A stretch of DNA of 64,000 nt from a bacterium (lineage in GTDB: Bacteria; Patescibacteriota; Patescibacteriia; Buchananbacterales; GWA2-38-13), in NCBI GenBank assembly GCA_030648715.1, contig JAUSGZ010000014.1:1055-65054 (forward strand), in the 5' to 3' direction. The notes beneath the pieces were generated by a model. That model made no database searches. It worked only from the letters and a program-made list of their open reading frames with translations, and was not told the origin of the DNA. Numbering within the stretch: the stretch's first letter is position 1; every line of letters starts with the position of its first letter. The translations under genes and the position numbers were made by a program. This document shows, piece by piece, positions 45,488 through 56,142 of the stretch.

Positions 45488-46707
45488 CATGCCGCGTAAT
45501 GGCGTTCCAATTTCTCCAGCCAGCGGGGAGCACTGAATTCCGCGACTGCGCGCGCATGGCCCGCAGCACCCATGCGCGCGGCCAGCGCGGGATCGGAAAA
45601 CAAACGGACGATACGGTCAGCCAGCGCGTTGGCATCGTATGGATTGACGATGAACCCGGTCTGGCCGTCAATCACAGCCTCGCGGCTGCCGCCGAAACAC
45701 GTCGCGATCACCGGCTTGCCGGCAGCCATGGCTTCCAAATTCACCGAGGGGAACGAATCAAAACACACCGAAGGTACGACGACCGCCGCGCACGCAGAAT
45801 AGGCGGTCACCATATCCTGGGACGAGAGCTGGCCGGCAAACCGGACGCGGTCGGAAACCCCGTACTGCTGCGGCAGCCGCTGGTAGCTGCCGGCCCCGCC
45901 CTCGGCACTGCCCGCGATCAGCAGCGCGGCATCAGGAACCGTTTGGGCGGCGGCCGCGAGCGCGGCCAAGATCTGGTTGATGCCCTTGGCGCCCGAGATC
46001 CGCCCCGGGAACAGCAGCACGCGGCGGCCGGCAAGATCGAAACGGCGGAGCAGCTCCTCGGTCACGGCCGGCGGCCGCGGCGTCCATGGGGTAAGGTCAA
46101 TGCCATTATGCACGACCGCGACGTTGGTAATGCCGTTATCGGCCAGCGCGTCGGCCAATGCTTGAGAGACAGCCAGTACCTTGGTGATGCCGTTGAGGCG
46201 GCGGCGGATGACGGCGTTGCGGAATGGATTGAAACGTTTTTTCGCCGTGCGCAGATTCACGAGCCACGACGTCCGATACTTCGGCCGGAGCGGGCAATCT
46301 CTGCGCGCGGGATCAATGAAATGGGTCAGTTTGGCGTAGGCAAAACTCTGCACGTCGTGGGTGGTCAGAAAAACTTTCGGCGCAGACCGCCGCGCTGCCT
46401 CCAGACAGCGATAGGAAAGCGCCTGGTAGATATTGTGCGCATGGACAATGTCCGGCTTGAGCCGATGCAAAGCGGCGGCTACCGGCCGCACGGCGGCCGG
46501 ATGGTGCAGCCCCAAGTACGCACCCCAGCGGGGGTGAAATGGAGTTGCCACCACGTTGACGGCGACCCCGTCGACGGGCTGCCCGCTTGCCGTCAGCACG
46601 GTGACCTGATGGCCACGGCGAGAAAGACCGATGGCGTGCTGGTAGCACACGCCCAGCGCCCCGCCGAGCGCGGGGGCGAATTGGTCGGCCAAGATCACCA
46701 CCCGCAT
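45487..46707 (-). CDS. Glycosyltransferase family 4
   Basis: 'VHAHN', 'TTHD', 'HNGID', 'GRISGAKG', 'DSFPSVNLEAMAAG.PVI'. Confidence 0.93.
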   Translation of the reverse strand: MRVVILADQFAPALGGALGVCYQHAIGLSRRGHQVTVLTASGQPVDGVAVNVVATPFHPRWGAYLGLHHPAAVRPVAAALHRLKPDIVHAHNIYQALSYRCLEAARRSAPKVFLTTHDVQSFAYAKLTHFIDPARRDCPLRPKYRTSWLVNLRTAKKRFNPFRNAVIRRRLNGITKVLAVSQALADALADNGITNVAVVHNGIDLTPWTPRPPAVTEELLRRFDLAGRRVLLFPGRISGAKGINQILAALAAAAQTVPDAALLIAGSAEGGAGSYQRLPQQYGVSDRVRFAGQLSSQDMVTAYSACAAVVVPSVCFDSFPSVNLEAMAAGKPVIATCFGGSREAVIDGQTGFIVNPYDANALADRIVRLFSDPALAARMGAAGHARAVAEFSAPRWLEKLERHYAA

Positions 46708-46816
46708 ACCCGGTAGTACAATGGGCAAATAAATCGTGCCCGCCTTATACCATAATAATTACAAGACCCATCTTCTGGCTTCCTCATAAATCCATTGTAC
46801 TATCGGGCATACCCTG

Positions 46817-48547
46817 TTACGCGGTTTTTTCCACCACCAAATTACCCAGCACCAGCACATCCAGTTCGCTCTGCAGGTACGCGCTGATGGCCTCTTCGGG
46901 CGTGCACACGATCGGCTCCTCATGCATGTTGAAGCTGGTGTTCACGAGACTCGGCAGGCCGGTCAGCTGCTCATAGTGTTTCAAGACATCGTAGTACACC
47001 GCATTGATCTCGCGGCTGACCAGCTGTGGCCGGCAGGTTCCGTCCACGTGCACGGCCGCGGGCATTTTGTCGCGCATGAACTTCGTCGCCGGCAAGGCAA
47101 TGGTCATGAAAGTGGCCGCAGCTCTGCAGCGATCGGTCAATTCATAGCAGTCGGCAGCTTTCTCCATTAGGGTGACCGGCGCGAACGGCATAAACTCGCT
47201 GCGCTTGAGCCGCTTGTTCAGCCAATCGTTCACCTCGGGGTCGGTCGCCGGATACAGAATGGAACGGTTGCCCAGTGCGCGCGGCCCGTACTCCATCGCG
47301 CCCTGGAAAAAACCAACGACCTTGTTCTCGGCCAGGCGCGCGGCGGTCCAGGCAGCCACGTCGCCCTCGCGCCGGAAGGAAAGCCGAGCTGCCGTCAGCG
47401 CGGCCGTACAGCGCCGCTCATCGAACGCCGGGCCGAGGTACACGTGCGGAATTGCCTGCGGAGTCAACGGGTGCTTTTGTGCCAGGGCTCCCAACGCCGC
47501 CCCTAAGGCCTGACCCACGTCGCCCATACCGGGATGCACGAACACTTCCTTGAGCGGCAGCTGCCGCAGGAACTCCAGATTCAGCTTGACGTTGGCAACC
47601 ACGCCGCCCGACAGGGCCAACCGCTCGAACGGCATTTGCTTTTGCCACGCGGAAAGCACGCTGACGCAGACGTCCTCCAGCCGGCGCTGGAACGCCGCCG
47701 CGATATCCTCGCGGGTGTGGCCGGAAAACACCACCGGCAGTTTTTTCCCGCGCGCAAAGTACTCCTCATGCAGCACGAACAGCTCCGGGCTGACTTTCAT
47801 CGTGGTGCCCTCGGCCCACAACAACCGGTTCACCACGGGAGCGAGTTTCGTGGGATCGCCGAATGCCGCCAGCCCCGTGATCTTGCCGCCGTGCTTCTTG
47901 GGATGGAACCCCAGGATCCGCGTCACCACCTCGTAGTAACGGCCCGGGCTGTGCGGCAAGGGTACCGTACCGACTTTCTGCAGCCGACCGTTCGCACCGC
48001 GCCAGAACGAGCACGTATTGGTAAAACTGGAACCCTCGATGATGGCGACGAAACAATCCGTAAAACCGGAAGTGAAATACGCGGTGGCGGCGTGCGCTTC
48101 GTCATGGTCGACGAACGTGACCTCGCCGGCGAATCCCTGCTGGCGCAACTCGTCAATCAGCTGCTGTGTCGCCTTGCCCACGCGCCACGTCTCCAGTATG
48201 GCTGCCAAACCGGTTTGGCGCAGCAGCCTCCCGCGGTCGCGGCTCTTGAGCGTATAGAAGGAGTGTAGGTAGCGGCCGCGCGTGAACGTGACCCGCTGCG
48301 CCTGCTGGATAAAGTTGTACCAGTACTTGCGCGGCCCCGGCCGCAGGCCGGAGAACGCGACCACATCCAACTCGCGCGGCGCGACGCCCGCGACCGCGAA
48401 CACCGCGGCCATGGACTGGCGGGGCGGCGCACCATCCATCTTTGTACGGGAAAAACGCTCTTCGTTGGCCGCCGCCAACACGCGGCCGTCCTCCACGATA
48501 GCGGCACCGCTGTCGTGCGTATCCAAATGAATGCCAAGGATTTTCAT
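46817..48547 (-). CDS. O-carbamoyltransferase (NodU/CmcH family)
   Basis: 'HDSGAA', 'EERFSR.K', 'HDEAHA', 'EYGPRALGNRS', 'FMPFAP', 'HVDGTCRPQ', 'NTSFN..EPIV'. Confidence 0.93.
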   Translation of the reverse strand: MKILGIHLDTHDSGAAIVEDGRVLAAANEERFSRTKMDGAPPRQSMAAVFAVAGVAPRELDVVAFSGLRPGPRKYWYNFIQQAQRVTFTRGRYLHSFYTLKSRDRGRLLRQTGLAAILETWRVGKATQQLIDELRQQGFAGEVTFVDHDEAHAATAYFTSGFTDCFVAIIEGSSFTNTCSFWRGANGRLQKVGTVPLPHSPGRYYEVVTRILGFHPKKHGGKITGLAAFGDPTKLAPVVNRLLWAEGTTMKVSPELFVLHEEYFARGKKLPVVFSGHTREDIAAAFQRRLEDVCVSVLSAWQKQMPFERLALSGGVVANVKLNLEFLRQLPLKEVFVHPGMGDVGQALGAALGALAQKHPLTPQAIPHVYLGPAFDERRCTAALTAARLSFRREGDVAAWTAARLAENKVVGFFQGAMEYGPRALGNRSILYPATDPEVNDWLNKRLKRSEFMPFAPVTLMEKAADCYELTDRCRAAATFMTIALPATKFMRDKMPAAVHVDGTCRPQLVSREINAVYYDVLKHYEQLTGLPSLVNTSFNMHEEPIVCTPEEAISAYLQSELDVLVLGNLVVEKTA

Positions 48548-48560
48548 ATCGCAATGTTGG

Positions 48561-49943
48561 TTACGCCGGAACGGCGGGGAACGGCGGCGCTACCAGCCGC
48601 CTCCGCAGCCACCAAAAATAGGCAAAACCCAAAAAGTTGGGGACGAACGTGAACAGCAGCGTCGCAATGACCAGCCCGCGGATGGCCGACGCGTTGATGA
48701 GATACCACGACAGCGGCAGGAGCGTCAGGAGCGTGAAGACCTGGATGGCAACATTCACCCGCATCCGGTTGAGGGTACGAAACATCGCCGCCAGCCCGAC
48801 ACCCCCGGCGACCAGGAGCGGATAAGGGGAGAGCGCCATGATGAACGGCAGCGCCGGCCCGTAGGCGGGGAACAGCGCGTTGATGAACACGGGTGCCAGC
48901 AGGATCGCCGGCAGCAAGACCACCAGTTCCATCAGGAGGGTCAAACCGGTGATCTGGTAGAACCGTTTGAACAGCTTACTGTTACCGGCCACCTCGGTCT
49001 TGGGGAACTGGTCGTTGAGCAGGCGCGCAATGGGATCAGCAAAGACCAGCGGCAGCCCGACGTAGGTGAACGCGACCTTGAAGAACCCCAGCCCGGAGGT
49101 CGTCGGCAGCACCGCGCCCAGCATCAGCAGCGGCACGGTCTGGTTGACCTTCAAAATATTCTTGCTGATGGCGATCAAAAAACCGAAACGGAAATAATAG
49201 GATATCTTTGGCCACGGCACCCGGGTCCGCCACAGGTCGGAAAGCCCGACCGCGGTACCGGCGCGCACATAGCGGCGGTAGATGAACGCCGCGGCGATGC
49301 TGGCCCCTACCATCAGGAGGAACTGACCGCCAATGATGGCCATCACCCCGCCGCCCAATAACACCCAGGCGACGGTCACCACGGCGCCGATGATCTTGCT
49401 GCCCGTCTCCAGCACGGCCAGCGGGATGAGCTCGCGACGGATCTGCTGCAAGGTCGTCACCAGGGGAACGAAGAAGGTCAGCGCGAACGTGAGCACGCCC
49501 AAGGCCGCGTACCAGCCCACCATCGGGTCATGGTACCAGCGCTCCCCCAGGAACGGTGCTGCCAGCATCCCCGCCACGCCCGCCGTCGCGCCGATCGCCA
49601 CCGTTGTTTTCAAAAAATAGGCGAGCACGTCCCGCGCTTCCGCACGGTCGCTTCTTGCCTCGGCGCGCGCCAGCAGGTTCACGATGGCATGGCCCATGCC
49701 GAATTCCTGAAAGACATTGAGGAATGCCGCCAAGGTCGTTGCCAGCGTATACAGGCCGTAATCTTCCGGGCCCAGCAGGTTGGCAAACAGGATGCCCGTC
49801 AGGATGCCAACACCTTTGCTGATGATGCCGGCCGCCTGCAGGATTGCCGAATGCCGCGCGAACGGATGTTTCAGCGCGAACCGCAGCCGTTGATGCGTTT
49901 GGGCGAACACAAAAGCGAGGGATAGATGACCAAACCCCCGCAC
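48561..49943 (-). CDS. Oligosaccharide flippase (Wzx/MOP family)
   Basis: 'ANLLGPEDYGLY', about 12 TMs. Confidence 0.88.
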   Translation of the reverse strand: MRGFGHLSLAFVFAQTHQRLRFALKHPFARHSAILQAAGIISKGVGILTGILFANLLGPEDYGLYTLATTLAAFLNVFQEFGMGHAIVNLLARAEARSDRAEARDVLAYFLKTTVAIGATAGVAGMLAAPFLGERWYHDPMVGWYAALGVLTFALTFFVPLVTTLQQIRRELIPLAVLETGSKIIGAVVTVAWVLLGGGVMAIIGGQFLLMVGASIAAAFIYRRYVRAGTAVGLSDLWRTRVPWPKISYYFRFGFLIAISKNILKVNQTVPLLMLGAVLPTTSGLGFFKVAFTYVGLPLVFADPIARLLNDQFPKTEVAGNSKLFKRFYQITGLTLLMELVVLLPAILLAPVFINALFPAYGPALPFIMALSPYPLLVAGGVGLAAMFRTLNRMRVNVAIQVFTLLTLLPLSWYLINASAIRGLVIATLLFTFVPNFLGFAYFWWLRRRLVAPPFPAVPA

Positions 49944-49993
49944 CGCGAAGGAGGGGGCGCTCTAGCTACTGTAGCGTGCCGCAAACGCCAGGG

Positions 49994-52063
49994 TCAATCC
50001 CGCCCAGGAGCGCGAACAGGCCGGTAGATCTGCAACGTTGCCCACGATTCCGCCGGCGCATACTGGCCGTCGATCGCCGCCATGAAGTACGGCCGATAGG
50101 GAAAATCCTCATTGCCGATGAGTAGGTACTCGGGGCGCTCGCGGCGCACCTGGTCGGTCAGCCGCTGCAGGTTCCAGTCGAACACCACGTCCAGCTGGTC
50201 GTAAATGGGAAACCAGTTGGTGCGGCGCGACAGCAGGAGCAGCTGGCCGTCATTGGCGTGCACCAGCGGCGGCCGGCTGCCGGGCAGGAACTCGGCTGCG
50301 ATGCGCTCCGCATCCGCCAGCAGTTCGGGGGTGTCGGCGCTCGCTTGAGGACGCAACCGCTGGGTAATGTCCCGGTAGTTGCGCGTGCTGAAAAGCACGG
50401 GCAGCTTCGCAGCAACGATCAGCGCGACAAAGGCCGCGAGCGCAACGAAGGCCCGTGCCGCGAGGGGCTCATGCGGCCCGCGGGTATAGGCGGCAAACAG
50501 GTACAGGTCGGAAACCAGGTACAGCAGCACGAACACCAGCGGCGTGCTGATCGGGTACAGGTAGCTCCAGGCTGAATTGCCGACATAGTAGGTGACCGAT
50601 AGCGCGCCGTAGGTCAAAAGGAAAAGGAATGTTGCATCGACCTTCCGCCCGACCGCCCAACGCCGCAGCACCAGCACCCCCGCCGCCAGGTAGGTCAGCA
50701 CATACCATTCGAACATCCCGACCGCCGGCATGGGCAATTTGCTGATGCCCGTCCGGTAGACGGCCATGGCATCGCGGTAGAGGGAGAAGTTCGGCCACGC
50801 CCCGTAGTACCAGAAGTTGCCGACCGCCACCGCGGAAAAACCCAGCGCCAAATACGCCGCCTGCCGCAGGCCGGTCGCCAGCAGCCGCCGCAGCAGCACC
50901 TTCGGGCTCAGACTGGAAAGTTGAATTGCCGCCGCGGCCACCACCGTTGCCGCCGCGATGGCCAAACCGGAATCCAGGTTCCACACGGCCGCCACCGCCG
51001 CGAGCTGCAACGGCAAGTCGCGACGCCACCAGGGAAGCTGCGGCCGGCGGCTGACAAACAATACCGCCGCCGCGACCAGTACGTACCAGCCCTGGCGATA
51101 CGGCGTCGTGCCCGGGTAGTGCACCGAGGAAAGGAACGGCCCGGCCTGCAGGAGGAAATAGGTACCAACGGCGGTCGCCGTGCCAAGCAGCGCCAACAAC
51201 CGCGAATGCAGCCAGCGCTTCAACAGCGCATAACTGAAGGCGAAAAAGAAAAAATAACTGACCGACAGGACCAGGGAAAGTGCTTGGTAGCTGAGCGGTA
51301 CGATTTTGAACAGCGCGACCAGCGCGTAGGTATTCAAGATCCCGTATTGGTTGGTAGTTTCATAGAGGAACGGTTTGCCGGCGAGCACGTCGTTGACCGT
51401 ACCGATGACGTGGTTGGCGTGACGTTGCTCATACGGAAATGACGGATCAAAAATGATGACGGCCAGCAGCACCAGCAGCCACGGCTCCAACCTGGCAATC
51501 CACCGCGGGTCGGCGTGCCGCTTCAGCCAATGAAAACTCGCCTGCCGCCAGCGCCAGGATAAGAAGAGGAACACCGCCACGCTCACGCCCAGCGCCAGCC
51601 GCACGGCGTACAGCCGTTTCGTGGTCAAGAGCCACAAAGCATGCCACACGCCGACGCGCTCCAGGTAGCCGGCGACGAACGCCGCGCGCTCGGAGATCAG
51701 GGGCGAAAATCGCCACCCCAGAGCAACGGCCAGCACGGCCACTGCTGCGAGCATTCCCAGCCGGAGCCGGACGCTCGGCCGCGGCCAGCGCCGCACCCGC
51801 GTGAAGGCCGACGAGATCGGATAGTACAACACCAAGGCGATCAACGGGATCGCCAGGTAACCCGCCAAAAATAACGGCATCTCCCAAGGCTCGGGCAAAA
51901 CCTCGAATGTGGAGAGCTTGTGCGCGACCGCCCACCGGTCCACGGGCAGCACGCGGTCCTGCAAGAAGCGGGAAGCGGCAAAATACCCCAAGGTCGTTGC
52001 AGCCAACGCCGCAAGCGCCGGCGGCCAGCGAAACGTTCCAAGAAATGCGCGGGCATTGAACAT
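49994..52063 (-). CDS. Large multi-pass membrane protein, probable GT-C glycosyltransferase (paralog of 43054-45120)
   Basis: Shares 'PEPxExPLxLAGYL', 'ALWLLTTKRL', 'GKxxLYETxxxYG' and 'WNLDxG' with its paralog. Confidence 0.8.
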   Translation of the reverse strand: MFNARAFLGTFRWPPALAALAATTLGYFAASRFLQDRVLPVDRWAVAHKLSTFEVLPEPWEMPLFLAGYLAIPLIALVLYYPISSAFTRVRRWPRPSVRLRLGMLAAVAVLAVALGWRFSPLISERAAFVAGYLERVGVWHALWLLTTKRLYAVRLALGVSVAVFLFLSWRWRQASFHWLKRHADPRWIARLEPWLLVLLAVIIFDPSFPYEQRHANHVIGTVNDVLAGKPFLYETTNQYGILNTYALVALFKIVPLSYQALSLVLSVSYFFFFAFSYALLKRWLHSRLLALLGTATAVGTYFLLQAGPFLSSVHYPGTTPYRQGWYVLVAAAVLFVSRRPQLPWWRRDLPLQLAAVAAVWNLDSGLAIAAATVVAAAAIQLSSLSPKVLLRRLLATGLRQAAYLALGFSAVAVGNFWYYGAWPNFSLYRDAMAVYRTGISKLPMPAVGMFEWYVLTYLAAGVLVLRRWAVGRKVDATFLFLLTYGALSVTYYVGNSAWSYLYPISTPLVFVLLYLVSDLYLFAAYTRGPHEPLAARAFVALAAFVALIVAAKLPVLFSTRNYRDITQRLRPQASADTPELLADAERIAAEFLPGSRPPLVHANDGQLLLLSRRTNWFPIYDQLDVVFDWNLQRLTDQVRRERPEYLLIGNEDFPYRPYFMAAIDGQYAPAESWATLQIYRPVRAPGRD

Positions 52064-52069
52064 ACGCGG

Positions 52070-54445
52070 CTACTGCTGGGTGAAGATATCGCGCCAGGCG
52101 CGATCCAAGGAATATGTGAATTCAAGCTGATGGTCGCCCTGCGGCACCCGAACGGCCTGCAACAGATAGTTGGCAGGATAGTGCGCCGTCGGAAGGCCGT
52201 CCAGCGCCGCCGTCCAGCCCGGCAGGTTGGCGTAGCCGAAGATGAACCACGCATCCGCAGCGGCGCGCACCGCGAACCGGTACCGCGCGGTTGACGCTTC
52301 CAGCACCTGCACCGTACCCGTCGCCGAGGATACCGGGCAGTCCGCGCATTCGAGGAGCACGGCGTTCTGCAACTGCGGCTGGTGGTTTAAAAATGCCTGC
52401 CAGGCATCCGCGTCATTGGCAACGGCGGTGGCCTGCACCGCAGGAGCAAAATAGGAGCGCGGCTGCACGGTCGTTAACCGGTAGACGTAGAGCGGCAGCT
52501 GGCGGGTGGTTACATCCAAAGTTGCGACGAGCGTCAGGTCGGGGTGCGGCAGCGGGTAGAGGCTCACGATGGTACCGACGTTGAATGCGGCCAGCACGGG
52601 CAATCGTTCTAAAAATTTCGCGCGCTTTTCTTCAAAACTGATATCCAGCGTGGCCAGCTGCTCGCCGGCCGTGCCGCGGCTGGAGCCCAGGTACGACAGG
52701 ACGCGGGCGCTGCGGCGGTCCATGATGTTGTCGTAGTAGTCCAGGCCGTCGCTGCCATCCAGGAGCTGAAGGTTGGCAGAACCCAATGCGCGATGGAGCG
52801 AGATGTTATCGTCCGGCGCGTAACCAAAAGGGACATCAAGCTGCTGATACACAGAGGAACCGGGGAGAAAAGAAAAAAAGCGTTCGCCGGGCGGCACTGA
52901 CCAGCCCGGTGCAATACGCAGCACGCGCGCGTCGGCGGTCGGCAGCGCCGAGAACGCCAACGGCGCGAGGTTCCCCGCGGTCAACGCCAACGCGAAAACC
53001 GCGAATGCTCCGACCGCTATCCTGCCGTTGGCGACACTACGCAGCAGCCATCCGGCAACCGCCAAAGATGCGATCGCGAGTGCAGTGGGAAAAGACCAGA
53101 CCGTGACGCCGCCGGCCACCTGGCGCAGCAGCTCATCAAGCACCTGGTGATAGTGGGAGATCGGCAGCCCCGTAGTGCGCGCGTACCAAAAGCGGTCAAA
53201 CAGCGCGAATGCCGCCGAACGCAGCGGCGCCGCCGCGACCAGCCAGATGGCAGACAGCCCAACCAGTACCGCGACGACGCGCGCCGTCCAGTGGCTGACG
53301 CGCCGCGCCGTGATCCGCCACGCCTCATCCTTGCCGGCGACAATGACATCCAGACCCGCGGCGGCCACAAACGCAGCCGCGACATTCCCAACATACATCC
53401 AGCGCGCCGACGCGCGGAATAAGGAGAATACGGGCAGCCGGTTCACGAGCCACGCGAGGGGCGAACCCGACCAGGCCAGGAGCAGGCTCCCCAACAACCC
53501 CCACCAGGCGACGCGTACTCGCCAGTCGCGCAGCCGCAATCCCAAAATTGCCAGCAAGAACGGCAACGCTCCCATGTACAAGAAACCGGGGGTGGAGGTC
53601 AGCCGCGGCAGCGCAACGCGCGGCAGCAGCCAGCTGGAAAGATCCAGCAACCGCAGCCCGCCCTCGCCGCTCGCACCTGAATTCAGCCGCGCCGAAAGCC
53701 GCGCGAAAGCCAAGGTGGGCAGCAGCAGCGGCAGCGCCATGACGGCCGCGGCCGAAAACAGCGCGACTGTTCCCGCGAGCGTCTGCCAGCGTTGCGCCCG
53801 CCAGGAAAGTGCTGCGGCGAACGCGAACACCGCGGTGCCGTACACCAACGGCCACTGCAGGTGGCCGACGTGCAGGCTGTGTGCAAAGATCAGCGCGCCG
53901 CCGGCAACCATTGCCCACCATCGCGCCTGCCGCACCGACGAGCAGTGCAGGTGCCACACGCACAGCAAGAGCGCGGGGAACGTCCAATAGGTCACGCTGA
54001 CGGTGATATTGCCGGCAAACCCGAGCAGCGCGGGAGACAACGGAACAACCAGCGCTGGCAGTGCCGCCGCCGGACGGCCGAACCCGAGCGCGCGCGCCAA
54101 TCCGTAGGTGCACAGCGCCGTCAGCACAAAGCTCGCCCCCGTCAGCCAGGCGTAGACGGTAATGACGTCGAACGTCGAAAACAGCCACTGCTGCAAGGGC
54201 GAACGCAAGCCGCCGAGGGTGCTGGCCGCGGTCGGGAACCCGGCCAGGACGTGCGGGTTGAAATCCACGGACTGGCCCGCGCGCAGTACGCGCTGCAGCC
54301 AGGTCAGGATGGGATAGAATTGCAGCACCGCGTCGCCGTCCGCGAACACCCGTCCGAAGAACAACACCGGGGAAAAAACGGCGACCACGACAGCCAACGG
54401 GAACGCCAGCCACCCCAAGGAACGCACTCGGGCAACAGCACCCAT
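52070..54445 (-). CDS. YfhO-family (GT-C) membrane protein
   Basis: 'DAVLQFYP', 'NPHVLAGFP', 'GHLQ', C-terminal 'PGWTA..DG..ANY..AV.VP.G.H.LEF.Y'. Confidence 0.85.
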   Translation of the reverse strand: MGAVARVRSLGWLAFPLAVVVAVFSPVLFFGRVFADGDAVLQFYPILTWLQRVLRAGQSVDFNPHVLAGFPTAASTLGGLRSPLQQWLFSTFDVITVYAWLTGASFVLTALCTYGLARALGFGRPAAALPALVVPLSPALLGFAGNITVSVTYWTFPALLLCVWHLHCSSVRQARWWAMVAGGALIFAHSLHVGHLQWPLVYGTAVFAFAAALSWRAQRWQTLAGTVALFSAAAVMALPLLLPTLAFARLSARLNSGASGEGGLRLLDLSSWLLPRVALPRLTSTPGFLYMGALPFLLAILGLRLRDWRVRVAWWGLLGSLLLAWSGSPLAWLVNRLPVFSLFRASARWMYVGNVAAAFVAAAGLDVIVAGKDEAWRITARRVSHWTARVVAVLVGLSAIWLVAAAPLRSAAFALFDRFWYARTTGLPISHYHQVLDELLRQVAGGVTVWSFPTALAIASLAVAGWLLRSVANGRIAVGAFAVFALALTAGNLAPLAFSALPTADARVLRIAPGWSVPPGERFFSFLPGSSVYQQLDVPFGYAPDDNISLHRALGSANLQLLDGSDGLDYYDNIMDRRSARVLSYLGSSRGTAGEQLATLDISFEEKRAKFLERLPVLAAFNVGTIVSLYPLPHPDLTLVATLDVTTRQLPLYVYRLTTVQPRSYFAPAVQATAVANDADAWQAFLNHQPQLQNAVLLECADCPVSSATGTVQVLEASTARYRFAVRAAADAWFIFGYANLPGWTAALDGLPTAHYPANYLLQAVRVPQGDHQLEFTYSLDRAWRDIFTQQ

Positions 54446-54455
54446 AAGGCTAATA

Positions 54456-55223
54456 TTAGCGTTGCGGAGGGGGCGGCACCCGGCGGCGGAAACGGTAGTA
54501 GAGCAGATTGCGCAAAAATTCCCAGATCGCCGACGGCGGCACGAACGACGCCCGCCGCTCATTCTTATAAAAAATGGTGGAAACCTCTCCGACCTTCAAT
54601 TTCAGCCGCAAGGCCTCGAGCATGATCTCCGCATCCGTGAACCAGTCGTTGGATAACAGCTGCATCGCCTGGTAGGCGCGGCGCGTCATCACCTTGGGTT
54701 TGGAATTGATGTCGCGGAAACTGGCGGACGGAGGGAACAGCACGCGGAAGAGCAGGTTGTACAATCGGGAAATAGTGGCGCGGTACCGACCATCATGCCG
54801 CTGGGCACGGAAAGTTTTGACCAGGTCGTAGCCGCCCACCTGCAGCACCTGATAGACCTTGACGATATCGCTGGACGGCATCTGGCCGTCGCCGTCAATG
54901 ACCGCGAGATGCCGTCCCGTCGCCGCCTCCAGGCCGGCGCGCATGTCCCAACCCATCATGCCTTCTTTGACGCGGGCGACCACTTTGATGCGAGGGTTGG
55001 CGGCCGCCAGCTCCTGTACGATCTGGGGCGTGCGGTCGGGACTTTCGGCATGGAAATTGGCGACCAGCACCAATTCGTAGTCAAGGTTTGCCTCTTTTAA
55101 TTCGCGGGTCAGCTGCGCCACAAATTCGCGCGCCAATTCTTCGGCGCGGTAGCACAGCACCACAACCGACAGCTCCGGCCCGGCGGAGGGCGTGACCAGC
55201 GTTGTGTGGCGGGCAAGCTCCAT
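54456..55223 (-). CDS. Glycosyltransferase family 2 (DPM1-like)
   Basis: 'LSVVVLCY', 'IDGDGQ', 'DINSKPK'. Confidence 0.88.
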   Translation of the reverse strand: MELARHTTLVTPSAGPELSVVVLCYRAEELAREFVAQLTRELKEANLDYELVLVANFHAESPDRTPQIVQELAAANPRIKVVARVKEGMMGWDMRAGLEAATGRHLAVIDGDGQMPSSDIVKVYQVLQVGGYDLVKTFRAQRHDGRYRATISRLYNLLFRVLFPPSASFRDINSKPKVMTRRAYQAMQLLSNDWFTDAEIMLEALRLKLKVGEVSTIFYKNERRASFVPPSAIWEFLRNLLYYRFRRRVPPPPQR

Positions 55224-55227
55224 AGTG

Positions 55228-55974
55228 CTAACGGCGGAACGGCCGCGTGATGGCGTCAAACACGGGATCCGGCAGCCAGGCCGTTACCCGCAGCGCGCAA
55301 GAAACCAGCCACGGGTAGGTTACGACCGTACGGCCGGAATCCATCGTCCGCACGATCGCGGCAGCCGCCTGCTGGGCGGTGCGCAAATGCGGCGCGAACC
55401 GTACGCGCCGCCGTTCAGCCCCCGCAAAGCCCTCGGTCGCGATCGGGCCGAACTGGATGACCTTGAAACGGACGCTGCTGTTACGGTACCGCAAGGCCAG
55501 CGACCGGAATGCCATGGTCAGCGCCGCTTTGCTGGCCGCGTAGCCGACGCCCAACGGATCGGGCCGCCGGGCAAAGAGGGAAGAAACGGCGACAAACTGC
55601 CCGCCGCGCTGCTGCACTTGGGGGAGCAGCCGGCCAACCAGCGCCAGCGTGCCGGAAACGTTGACCGCCAGGACCTTGGCGGCCACCGCCGCGTCGAATT
55701 CTTTGTCGCTGTCGTGCGGATAAATGCCGGCGTTGAGTACCACCGCGTCCGGCACAAACTCAACCGAGGCCAGGGCGCGCGCCACGATGTCCGCCGCCCC
55801 CGGCGAAGCCAGGTCCGCGGCAACGAATGAAAAATTCTTCCCAAGTTGAGCTTGCACTTCCGCCAGCGCCGTAACGCTGCGGCTCACGCCAAACACCCGA
55901 TCGCCCCGCGCGGTCAGTAGTCCGACCAAGGCCCGCCCGATGCCCGATGTTGCCCCGGTAACGACGATCTGCAT
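55228..55974 (-). CDS. Short-chain dehydrogenase/reductase
   Basis: TGATSGIG, 'LNAG', YAASK. Confidence 0.9.
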   Translation of the reverse strand: MQIVVTGATSGIGRALVGLLTARGDRVFGVSRSVTALAEVQAQLGKNFSFVAADLASPGAADIVARALASVEFVPDAVVLNAGIYPHDSDKEFDAAVAAKVLAVNVSGTLALVGRLLPQVQQRGGQFVAVSSLFARRPDPLGVGYAASKAALTMAFRSLALRYRNSSVRFKVIQFGPIATEGFAGAERRRVRFAPHLRTAQQAAAAIVRTMDSGRTVVTYPWLVSCALRVTAWLPDPVFDAITRPFRR

Positions 55975-56142
55975 ATAATAATCACCGCCATCCTATCACG
56001 GAAAAACCGCAAAAACAAGGCGTAATTCGCGGATTTTTTCCCGGCTGGCGGCACCGTAATAAATATTTTTTCTCGAAAGTAGACAGGTACTGCGGTCTTG
56101 AGTATACTGCACAGGTACGATCCGTAACTTTATCGCAACGCT

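Noticed and set aside
45086-45499. 137-aa + strand ORF across the ncRNA candidate
   Set aside because: It starts upstream of the promoter, runs through the terminator and has no protein-like features; RNA structure explains the region better.
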